From Geobacter sulfurreducens PCA (GTDB lineage: Bacteria > Desulfobacterota > Desulfuromonadia > Geobacterales > Geobacteraceae), in assembly GCF_000007985.2 (NCBI RefSeq), contig NC_002939.5:1680001-1712000 (forward strand): a DNA stretch of 32,000 nucleotides. Reading direction: 5' to 3'. The notes under the pieces are model-generated. The model saw nothing but the letters and a program-made list of their open reading frames with translations, ran no database searches and was not told the DNA's origin. Each line of letters opens with the position of its first letter. Position 1 is the stretch's first letter. Shown here piece by piece: positions 14,225 to 21,517 of the stretch. The translations under genes were made by a program, and so were the position numbers.

Positions 14225-15439
14225 ATGAATCGATATTTTTTTAGAATGTGTTGTAGTCTCTTCATATGCATGCTGGTATCGAGTTGTGGAGGGCAGAATG
14301 AGGGCAATCAACAACCGCGAAATACTCAATTACAATTCTCCGCTGGCATAGGCTATCCGGTGCCTGCAACCGCTTTTACAAATGCATTCGGCGATATTGC
14401 TACTGGTGACTTGAATGGTGATGGCCGAAACGATGTTGCGGTAATTGAGGCAAATGGCAGTAAAGGAATCCTTATTTATTGCCAGAATGCAATGGGCGCA
14501 CTAAATGAGCCACTGATAATTGATTCATCGTTACAATTAAGTGGAATCACCGTTGGCGATGTTAATAATGATGGTTTGTCAGATTTAGTGGTTAGTGGAG
14601 ACGTACCAGGACTTCCAGAATTACGTGGCAGAACTAAGGTTTATATTCAGAATCGATCAACACATGCTCTCGATCCAGACCAGGAATATGCTCTTTCAAC
14701 TGATACAGCAGGAACCTTAGCTATAGCTGACCTAAATAGTGATGGTCGCAAGGATATTGTGGTAGCAAGTGTGCAGGGAAGTAATGGGCTGTTATCAATC
14801 TTTTTTCAAGAAACCGGTGGGCTAGGCGCTGAGCAAACCTACACCTCAGTTCCGGTTGTATATGGAGGAGAGGTTCATGTTGCGGATATGAACAATGATG
14901 GACGCAATGATATCATCGTTCAAAGCGACCTAAAGCAATTGGCGGTAATAAAGCAAAGTTCGCCGGGGATATTCAATGCAACACCCGATTATTACACAGT
15001 TCAAACAAGTTACTGGCCAGATTTTAGATCATTTGCTGTGGGAGACATTAACGGCGATGGTCTAGCAGATATTGTTGCCGCTGACCCTGCAAGTAATGGT
15101 CTCAATATATTTGTTCAAAATTCCACTGGAAGCATAACCGGCCCTCAGATTCTTCAGTTAACGCCCCTAACTGCGCAAGATGAAATTAAAATTGCCGACA
15201 TGAACTGGGATAGCTTGAATGATATCGTGATATTGAGTGAGCATAGCAAAGTACAAATACTGCCTCAGACAGCAAATCACTCTTTTGACACCTTTAAATC
15301 ATTCGATTTACAGACTCAGTTTTCTGGAGGGACATTTACTCATCAGGCAATGGCACTGATCGATGTTACTAGCGATGGAATGCCTGATGTCATTGCTACC
15401 TTATCAGGAGGAGGGTTATTTGTTCTACCAACGAAGTAA
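14225..15439 (+). CDS. FG-GAP/VCBS-repeat lipoprotein (predicted seven-bladed beta-propeller)
   Basis: Lipobox LVSSC follows a hydrophobic signal. There are seven D.N.DG..D-type repeats: DLNGDGRNDV, DVNNDGLSDL, DLNSDGRKDI, DMNNDGRNDI, DINGDGLADI, DMNWDSLNDI, DVTSDGMPDV. ATG 14225 has GAGGA 9 nt upstream; the in-frame ATG at 14204 is less likely. The gene is strikingly AT-rich compared with its flanks. Confidence 0.85.
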   Translation: MNRYFFRMCCSLFICMLVSSCGGQNEGNQQPRNTQLQFSAGIGYPVPATAFTNAFGDIATGDLNGDGRNDVAVIEANGSKGILIYCQNAMGALNEPLIIDSSLQLSGITVGDVNNDGLSDLVVSGDVPGLPELRGRTKVYIQNRSTHALDPDQEYALSTDTAGTLAIADLNSDGRKDIVVASVQGSNGLLSIFFQETGGLGAEQTYTSVPVVYGGEVHVADMNNDGRNDIIVQSDLKQLAVIKQSSPGIFNATPDYYTVQTSYWPDFRSFAVGDINGDGLADIVAADPASNGLNIFVQNSTGSITGPQILQLTPLTAQDEIKIADMNWDSLNDIVILSEHSKVQILPQTANHSFDTFKSFDLQTQFSGGTFTHQAMALIDVTSDGMPDVIATLSGGGLFVLPTK

Positions 15440-15506
15440 TAAGAAAAAAGGGGGGAAGGTCATGAGGAGTTGCGTCTCCAACTTTCAGTAAATGAATAGA
15501 ATGCAA

Positions 15507-15545
15507 ATCGTCTCGCAGGGCTTCTCCGCTGCGTATCCGGCACAT
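15507..15545 (+). repeat. 39-nt repeat copy 1 (left flank of the RAYT element)
   Basis: atcgtctcgcagggcttctccgctgcgtatccggcacat recurs at 18411-18449 with about 32 of 39 identities. Confidence 0.6.
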
Positions 15546-15560
15546 GGGTCACCGTGAATC

Positions 15561-16482
15561 GGGTCGGACCAAGCTAACATAACGATATTTCAACAATTAC
15601 ACCTCATTTTTGGGAGATTTTTACCCTTAGAAGCGCATTTTCAGGGTCATAATTGAGCACTTAACATGGCACGAGCGAATCGGCACTACATACCGGGTCA
15701 GGTGTGGCACATCACACACCGATGTCACAAGAAAGAGTTTCTTCTCAAGTTTGCCAGAGACCGGCGTCGGTGGCTGCACTGGCTCTTCGAGGCGAAGAAG
15801 CGGTTCGGGCTGCAGGTTCTGAATTATGCCGTCACCTCAAATCATGTTCATCTGCTGGTAGTGGATACGAAACCAGAGGTCGTGGCAAAGAGCATCCAAC
15901 TGATCGCCGGAAGAACCGCGCAGGAATTCAATCAGCGGAAAGATCGAAAAGGGGCGTTCTGGGAAGATCGGTACCACGCAACCGCGATCGAGAGAAACGA
16001 GCATCTCGTCCGTTGCCTCGTTTACATCGATCTGAACATGGTCCGCGCCGGTGTCGTAACGCATCCAGCGGAATGGGAAATGAACGGATACAACGAGATT
16101 CAGAATCCGCCGGACCGATACGCCATTATCGACAGGCACAGTCTTTTCGATGCTTGCGGTTTCCCGGATTACGGGAGTTTTGCCGAACAGCACCGTAAAT
16201 GGGTTGAGGATGCACTGAAGAAGGGCATGAATCGGGAAGGCCATTGGACCGAAAGCATTGCAGTCGGCAGTTCGGCTTTTATCACAGACACGCAACGGAA
16301 GATGGGGTGCAGCGCCAAGGGACGGAAGCTGGAAGAACAGGTGGACGGAGCGAGTTTCCTGAGAGAGGATGCGGAGCCTTACCATGCCCATTTTACCGGC
16401 AAAAGTGAGGTTCTAAGCCCTGAAAATGCATTCTTTTGGGACGATTACGATGTAGTTCCAGTTGGTTAGCGTGGTCCGACCC
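15561..16482 (+). mobile_element. REPtron-like unit: RAYT (Y1 HUH transposase) gene bounded by inverted terminal repeats and inverted REP-like hairpins
   Basis: The left end gggtcggaccaagctaac (15561-15578) is the reverse complement, with 2 mismatches, of the right end gttagcgtggtccgaccc (16465-16482). Imperfect subterminal hairpins at 15623-15647 (acccttagaagcgcattttcagggt) and 16417-16442 (gccctgaaaatgcattcttttgggac) are also inverted copies of each other. Confidence 0.7.
15666..16469 (+). CDS. rayT: REP-associated tyrosine transposase (RAYT, IS200/IS605-like Y1 HUH family)
   Basis: 267 aa with N-terminal R.NRHYIPGQVWHITHR, the HUH motif SNHVHLLV, FWEDRYHA, and the catalytic-Tyr block VYIDLNMVRAGVV. 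This is the standard COG1943-type layout. Confidence 0.85.
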   Translation: MARANRHYIPGQVWHITHRCHKKEFLLKFARDRRRWLHWLFEAKKRFGLQVLNYAVTSNHVHLLVVDTKPEVVAKSIQLIAGRTAQEFNQRKDRKGAFWEDRYHATAIERNEHLVRCLVYIDLNMVRAGVVTHPAEWEMNGYNEIQNPPDRYAIIDRHSLFDACGFPDYGSFAEQHRKWVEDALKKGMNREGHWTESIAVGSSAFITDTQRKMGCSAKGRKLEEQVDGASFLREDAEPYHAHFTGKSEVLSPENAFFWDDYDVVPVG

Positions 16483-16506
16483 TCAGGAGTTCCTGCTATC
16501 AGCAGG

Positions 16507-16800
16507 TTACCTGGCTTCTGCGTGCAGTTTAAGTCCAAGTGCCGCAATGATTTTAAGGATGGTATCAAAGCTGGGAACCCGCTCTCCTGAAAGTGCCTTA
16601 TAAAGACTTTCGCGGGAAAGACCGGCATCTCGTGCAACCTGCGACATCCCCTTGGCGCGGGCTATGTCTCCGAGTGCCTTGGCGATGAAGGTCGCATCGC
16701 CATTAGCCTCTTCGAGGGAGGCTTCAAGGTAGGCGGCCATTTCCTCCGGAGTACGGAGATGTTCGGCGACGTCATAGCGACTGGTTGCGGTTTTGGTCAT
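16507..16800 (-). CDS. higA: HigA-family antitoxin (addiction module antidote, XRE-type HTH)
   Basis: 97 aa. YDVAEHLRTPEEMAAYLEASLEE..FIAKALGDIARAKGMSQVARDAGLSRESLYKALSGE is the typical antidote-protein sequence. GGAG lies upstream of the ATG, and the gene sits directly downstream of the toxin remnant. Confidence 0.85.
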   Translation of the reverse strand: MTKTATSRYDVAEHLRTPEEMAAYLEASLEEANGDATFIAKALGDIARAKGMSQVARDAGLSRESLYKALSGERVPSFDTILKIIAALGLKLHAEAR

Positions 16801-16809
16801 GTTCAGCTC

Positions 16810-17089
16810 CTATAGGTTCTGTGCGAGGCGGATTGCCGCCTTGATATCCCGAGACTGGCTGCCTTTATCGCCGCCGGCCAAATTCGCTTCCTCGCTGGAA
16901 GAAATAAACTCGGTAACCAGGACCGTAGTCGATACGCATTTCCGAGATTCCATCGCCGACCGGTTTGACGTCTCCGGGATTTCCGGACGCAAGCCGCTCA
17001 ATCCTCACGAGGACCCGAGCCTTGGCCTTTACATCACGAAGATTGTCAAGCCATTTGGCAAACAGTTCGGTTTTGCGGATTTCAATCAT
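16810..17089 (-). pseudogene. higB: HigB/RelE-family killer protein gene disrupted by an internal deletion/frameshift
   Basis: The first frame gives MIEIRKTELFAKWLDNLRDVKAKARVLVRIERLASGNPGDVKPVGDGISEMRIDYGPGYRVYFFQRGSEF, then a stop after 4 more codons. The conserved C-terminus LAGGDKGSQSRDIKAAIRLAQNL is read in another frame (stop at 16810-16812). The residues normally lying between ..RG.E and LAGGDK are missing. Confidence 0.75.
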
Positions 17090-17097
17090 GATTATAC

Positions 17098-17115
17098 TGT
17101 AGCCAGTTGGCTACA
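17098..17115. promoter_or_regulatory. Perfect palindrome, candidate HigA operator
   Basis: TGTAGCCA-GT-TGGCTACA is an 8-bp perfect inverted repeat lying 9 nt upstream of the higB start codon. A TATAAT-like hexamer lies on the minus strand between the two. Confidence 0.5.
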
Positions 17116-17193
17116 AGCTGTCAACCCATAATACAGCAGTAACCATGCTCAGCCGTTGGACAGACCCGCAAGGGGCGGGGCAGCCTCAGTAAG

Positions 17194-17649
17194 GTGAACA
17201 TTGTGAAGCGATTGACCCTGTCGACATCCTGCACGCTTATGGCGGTGATCTTTTCACTGGTGTTCACCATCGGAGTCACTGGCGCCCGTGTCGAACCGAC
17301 CGCCACGGTCGCCCACTACTCACGCAAGGGCGATAAGAACCCTCCGCCGGCCAAGGCGTTTCCGATCCTCAGGGAGCCCGGCTCCACCACGGCGAAATTC
17401 TACTGCGGCGACAGGATCGTGGCGCCCGGAGATACGCGGGCAGGGGTGATCGAGAAGTGCGGCGAGCCGGCCCGGAAGGAGCAGCGGCGGGAAGAGCGGG
17501 TCCAGGCGGTGACCCGCGACGGGACGTTCCTGACGACGGTGACCACTGAAGAGTGGGTCTACAACTTCGGGCCCGACCGTTTCCTCTATCACCTGAAATT
17601 CCTGGATGACCGGCTCGTGGAGATCAGGACGGGCGAGTACGGATACTGA
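17194..17649 (+). CDS. DUF2845-family secreted protein
   Basis: 151 aa with a signal-like N-terminus. The C-terminal pattern is CGD..V..GD....V..KCGEP .. EEWVYNFGPDRFLYHLKFLDDRLVEIRTGEYGY. The in-frame GTG at 17203, with AAGGTGA 5 nt upstream, is an alternative start. Confidence 0.75.
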   Translation: MNIVKRLTLSTSCTLMAVIFSLVFTIGVTGARVEPTATVAHYSRKGDKNPPPAKAFPILREPGSTTAKFYCGDRIVAPGDTRAGVIEKCGEPARKEQRREERVQAVTRDGTFLTTVTTEEWVYNFGPDRFLYHLKFLDDRLVEIRTGEYGY

Positions 17650-17743
17650 TCCGACTGGATGCACGCCGGCCCGCAGCGTTGGGATGTTTGCCGGAAACCG
17701 TTTCTGAAGTGTCGAGACAACACCGATTCACACAAGGACAGCC

Positions 17744-18358
17744 ATGATCAGCGCCGAATTTCTCATCACCTCACTCATTGTCGTCCTCATTCCCGGTACC
17801 GGAGTCATTTTCACCGTTTCCACGGGGATCGCCCAGGGGCGCGCGGCCAGCGTCTACGCGGCGCTCGGCTGCACCGCCGGGATCATCCCGCATCTGCTGG
17901 CGACGATCCTGGGGCTTGCGGCGCTCATGCACACCAGCGCGCTGGCATTCCAGACCCTCAGGTACGCCGGGGTGGCGTATCTGCTCTATGTGGCCTATGC
18001 CACGTGGAAAGACACCTCTACCTTTGCCCTGGACAGCACCCCTTCGCGACGCTCGGCGTTGTCACTGGTGGTGAGGGCGCTGCTGCTCAACATCCTGAAT
18101 CCCAAACTGACCATCTTTTTCCTGGCCTTCCTGCCGCAATTCGTCAGGCCCGGCCCGGCCGGCCCCCTGCCGCAGTTGCTGGTCCTGAGCGGCGTGTTCA
18201 TGGCCATGACCTTTGCGGTGTTCGTGGTCTATGGTCTGCTGGCCAATGCCTTTCGTACGGTTGTGATCGAATCGGAATCGGTCCAGGCCTGGTTGCGCCG
18301 AAGCTTCGCCGGCGCGTTTGCCGCTCTGGGCGTGCATCTGGCTTTTTCGGAGAAGTGA
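17744..18358 (+). CDS. LysE/RhtB-family amino-acid exporter
   Basis: 204 aa and multi-pass. The N-terminus MISAEFLITSLIVVLIPGTGVIFTVS.. and the overall length and hydropathy are typical of LysE-family translocators. Confidence 0.88.
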   Translation: MISAEFLITSLIVVLIPGTGVIFTVSTGIAQGRAASVYAALGCTAGIIPHLLATILGLAALMHTSALAFQTLRYAGVAYLLYVAYATWKDTSTFALDSTPSRRSALSLVVRALLLNILNPKLTIFFLAFLPQFVRPGPAGPLPQLLVLSGVFMAMTFAVFVVYGLLANAFRTVVIESESVQAWLRRSFAGAFAALGVHLAFSEK

Positions 18359-18410
18359 AGTGGAAGGCTGATGGAGTGAGAGCCTGAGAATATTCCGCAG
18401 GGGAGTTCCG

Positions 18411-18483
18411 ATCGTCTCGCAGGGCTTCTCTGCCATTTATCCGGCGCATATATGCTTCAGAAAATACCGTGAGCGGCCAATGC
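18411..18483 (+). repeat. Copy 2 of the RAYT left-flank repeat (solo, with a degenerate terminal repeat)
   Basis: 18411-18449 atcgtctcgcagggcttctctgccatttatccggcgcat matches 15507-15545. Downstream, accgtgagcggccaatgc resembles accgtgaatcgggtcggaccaagc of copy 1. That extension is tentative. Confidence 0.5.
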
Positions 18484-18557
18484 TCATCTGCCATAGGGCG
18501 CACTTCATACCCTAGTCAGTATCTTCAACGGCCACATTGGCACCGGAACAACCTGCT

Positions 18558-19403
18558 ATGACGCACCCTATCGAGATATCCCCAAATCACGACCTCATCC
18601 GCGACAGGCTGAGGCTCTGCCTGGATTCCGCGAGGCATGACACGGCTACGTTTGCCATGCTGACGGTTGTTCTGACTCCGATATTCATGGTGGTGGGAAC
18701 GATATTCCTTGTTTTCACGCTGATGATTGTAGACGTGCCGCTAGTAGATCATCTTGGGTACGACGCGTCCGTGGCGACCGGAGCCAATCTGTCCCTCGCG
18801 TTCATGGCGGCTTCGTTCTTTTTGAGGCCAACGCAGGATTGCCAGCGAGGACGCAGAGGTTATCCGTGGTTCGTCGTCGGCGCATTACTGTTTTGTGTCC
18901 TGCTGGGAATATCTTACGGTACGACGCTTCCTGCCACTGCGCCGGGGCTGTTCTGGTCTCTCTATCTTGTTTTCGCTCTGGCCATGCTGGGGTGTATCGG
19001 CCATGTCTATGAGCCGCACGATGATTACTATGTGGGGTGGGTAGCTGGTCCGATCCTTATCGACGACCCCTTCACCATTGAGGATGATATTGACCGGGCA
19101 CATCTTTCCCTTGGGCTTGTCGGAGCGCTCTCGCACCTGATCATATCCTCCTATGGGGAGATATTCGGAAGCCTCTGGCTGTGGCGCGGGCTGAACGATC
19201 ACGAACTGTCGGCTTCGGTGGAGTTTCTTAAGGCGCTTGCCGCAAAGGACTCGAACCGGGCACGGACGCGAATGCTCTCGGTCGGCAACGCGTCTGCACG
19301 CGACATCATGCGCGCTCTGCAGAAACTTGAGATGATCCTTGTTGTTGACGGCGCTCCCCGGCTGAGCATGAAGGGACGGGAGTTGCTCGGGCTCAAGCCA
19401 TGA
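18558..19403 (+). CDS. Hypothetical multi-pass membrane protein with a soluble C-terminal tail
   Basis: The ORF is open from TTG 18537; ATG 18558 is the more plausible start. There are about four or five hydrophobic segments, such as FAMLTVVLTPIFMVVGTIFLVFTLMIV and WFVVGALLFCVLLGISY. I recognise no family. Confidence 0.55.
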   Translation: MTHPIEISPNHDLIRDRLRLCLDSARHDTATFAMLTVVLTPIFMVVGTIFLVFTLMIVDVPLVDHLGYDASVATGANLSLAFMAASFFLRPTQDCQRGRRGYPWFVVGALLFCVLLGISYGTTLPATAPGLFWSLYLVFALAMLGCIGHVYEPHDDYYVGWVAGPILIDDPFTIEDDIDRAHLSLGLVGALSHLIISSYGEIFGSLWLWRGLNDHELSASVEFLKALAAKDSNRARTRMLSVGNASARDIMRALQKLEMILVVDGAPRLSMKGRELLGLKP

Positions 19404-19482
19404 TTGCCCGGTCGATGAGATACGCTACGAAGTTGCGAAGTTAGGTTAACCCAGACTCCACACCAGCGAGCCGTTATCACCA

Positions 19483-20904
19483 ATGTCCATGAACAGCGAA
19501 CCCACACCCGCCGAAGCATTCTTTCTGGAAGGAAACCGCCTGCTGGCGGCTAGCGAGTGCCGCGCCGCGGAGGCCTGTTTCCGCGAGGCACTCGCGCTTG
19601 CGCCGGATTTTGCCGAGGCCCATGCCAATCTCGGCATGCTGCTGGACCAGGAGGGGATGGCGGCCGAGGCGGAGCGCCAGTACCGGCTGGCCTTGGCGCT
19701 GAATCCCCGCCTGGGGCATACGCATTCCAACCTGGGTGTGCTGCTGGCGAACCAGAAGCGGTTCGAGGAGGCGGAGAGCGCGTACTTGAGCGCCATCGAG
19801 CTTGAGCCGGACAGCCCGGCGGCGTGGTCCAACCTGGGGGTGCTGCAGGCCTGCCGGAAGCAGGAACGGGAGGCGGAGGAAAGTTATCGCACGGCCCTGC
19901 GGCTGGACCCGGACTATCACCGGGCATCGTTCAACCTCAGTTACCTGCTGCTGCGCCAGGGCCGCTTCGACGAGGGGTGGTCCCTGCTGGAGAGCCGGAA
20001 CCGGCGCTGGTTCGCCCGGCTGGAGGAGCATCTGCCGTGCCCCCGCTGGCGCGGCGAGGATCTGCAGGGGCGCTCCCTGTTGATCGGCCTGGAGGCTGGG
20101 CATGGGGATATGATCCAGTTCTGCCGCTACGCGCCGCTTCTCAAGGACCGGGGGGCGGCCCGGATCACCCTGGTGTGCCACGTGGCGCTGAAAGACCTCT
20201 TGAAGACCCTTGACGGTGTTGATACTGTTATCTCCTTTGACGAGATCCTGCCGGATGATGCGTGGGACTTCTGGACCCCGGCCATGAGCATCCCCTGTTA
20301 TTGCCGGACCCGTCTCGATTCGATCCCCGCCCGCATCCCGTACCTGCACGCCGATCCCGGTCTGGCCGAGCAGTGGGCGGCTATGCTGGAGCGGGAATGG
20401 GCCGGGCCGGAAATGCGGATCGGCCTAGCGTGGAAGGGAAATCCCCATTTCGAGAACGATGGGGACCGTTCCCTGCCGCACCTGAAGACCCTGGAGCCAC
20501 TTGGCGCCGTGGCCGGGGTGCGGTTCTTCAGCCTGCAGAAAGGGGCGGGCGAGGAAGAGGCGGCCCAGCCACCCGCCGGCCTGCCCGTGGTGAACCTGAT
20601 GCGGCATATTGCCGGCTTTGCCGACACCGCCGCCCTGGTGGCCAACCTGGATCTGGTCATTACCGTGGATACCGCCGTGGCTCATCTGGCAGGGGCGCTG
20701 GGCACGGAGTGCTGGGTGCTCCTGCCGGAGTACCGGACCGATTGGCGCTGGCTCACCGGCCGGACCGATTCGCCCTGGTATCCCGGGGTCATGCGCCTGT
20801 TCCGCCAGCCCCGCGTGGGAGACTGGGAGACGGTGGTGGCCGAGGTGGGGGAGGCGCTCCGGTTGTTTGCCGCACGTCCCCGCAGCCCGCGGGGGACGCG
20901 TTGA
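19483..20904 (+). CDS. TPR-repeat protein fused to a glycosyltransferase family 9 (heptosyltransferase-like) domain
   Basis: 473 aa. The N-terminal half has about 5 TPR units (AEAHANLGMLL.., GHTHSNLGVLL.., PAAWSNLGVLQ.., HRASFNLSYLL..). The C-terminal half carries GT9-like blocks (GHGDMIQFCRY.., DLVITVDTAVAHLAGALGTECWVLL). Confidence 0.8.
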   Translation: MSMNSEPTPAEAFFLEGNRLLAASECRAAEACFREALALAPDFAEAHANLGMLLDQEGMAAEAERQYRLALALNPRLGHTHSNLGVLLANQKRFEEAESAYLSAIELEPDSPAAWSNLGVLQACRKQEREAEESYRTALRLDPDYHRASFNLSYLLLRQGRFDEGWSLLESRNRRWFARLEEHLPCPRWRGEDLQGRSLLIGLEAGHGDMIQFCRYAPLLKDRGAARITLVCHVALKDLLKTLDGVDTVISFDEILPDDAWDFWTPAMSIPCYCRTRLDSIPARIPYLHADPGLAEQWAAMLEREWAGPEMRIGLAWKGNPHFENDGDRSLPHLKTLEPLGAVAGVRFFSLQKGAGEEEAAQPPAGLPVVNLMRHIAGFADTAALVANLDLVITVDTAVAHLAGALGTECWVLLPEYRTDWRWLTGRTDSPWYPGVMRLFRQPRVGDWETVVAEVGEALRLFAARPRSPRGTR

Positions 20905-21004
20905 GCGGCATGATCACGCCTTGAGCCTGATCATCCATGCGTACTGCAGGGGGAACCGGCGGGCGGGATGGCCCGGAGAATAGGGCGGAAGGGGGATATG
21001 ACCA

Positions 21005-21490
21005 GTGAAGCTTACCGCGGATGTGGTTTTGCAGATAGCTATGGAGCTGGAACGGCGGGGCCGGACATTCTATGAGTCGCTGGCCATCGGCTGCGGCAAC
21101 GGGCGGATCTCCGCGCTGGCCGCCGCACTGGCGAAGGCGGAGCTTGATCACCTGGAGACCTTCACGCGGATGCGGGAGAGGTTGCCGGAGAGCATGCGCG
21201 GCCCGAACCTGACGGACGAGGAACTCATGACGGCGGCGGACCGCGTGCGCAGGATGGTTCTGCCCCGGCCGGGCGTGGTGAGCGAGACGGTCATCGCCTC
21301 GAACCTGGCCAAGGCGCTGGACATGGCGATAGTCATGGAGGCGGATTCGGTCGCCTTTTACGCGGAGGCGGCAGCCGGTCTCGATGGAATTGATGCCGAT
21401 GTCATCGCGGCGATTGTGGCCGAGGAGAGAGAGCACCTTGTGATGCTCCAGGAGGTGCGCAACCTGTGTGCCGCGGTGTTCACCGAATAG
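21005..21490 (+). CDS. Ferritin-like / rubrerythrin-like di-iron four-helix-bundle protein
   Basis: 161 aa with a GTG start preceded by AAGGGGGA. It has paired E .. ExxH-like motifs: ELERRGRTFY plus AELDHL, and MEADSVAFY plus EEREHL. Confidence 0.65.
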   Translation: MKLTADVVLQIAMELERRGRTFYESLAIGCGNGRISALAAALAKAELDHLETFTRMRERLPESMRGPNLTDEELMTAADRVRRMVLPRPGVVSETVIASNLAKALDMAIVMEADSVAFYAEAAAGLDGIDADVIAAIVAEEREHLVMLQEVRNLCAAVFTE

Positions 21491-21517
21491 CCCGCGCCTG
21501 AAAGGAACGCAGCCGAC

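Noticed and set aside
13948-14244. 98-aa ORF upstream of the FG-GAP gene
   Set aside because: It starts inside the degenerate transposase remnant and reads through the terminal repeat and non-coding spacer. The product is basic and low-complexity. It is better explained as chance in AT-rich DNA.
15462-15491. 9-codon mini-ORF (MRSCVSNFQ) with a strong GGGGGGAAGG just upstream
   Set aside because: It is tempting as a leader peptide. But it lies between the FG-GAP stop and the RAYT flank with no attenuator-like structure, so it is too short to support without conservation data.
15704-16198. 164-aa alternative-frame ORF inside the RAYT gene
   Set aside because: The overlapping frame from 15666 carries the HUH and catalytic Tyr motifs. 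The alternative frame gives Arg/Ser-rich sequence.
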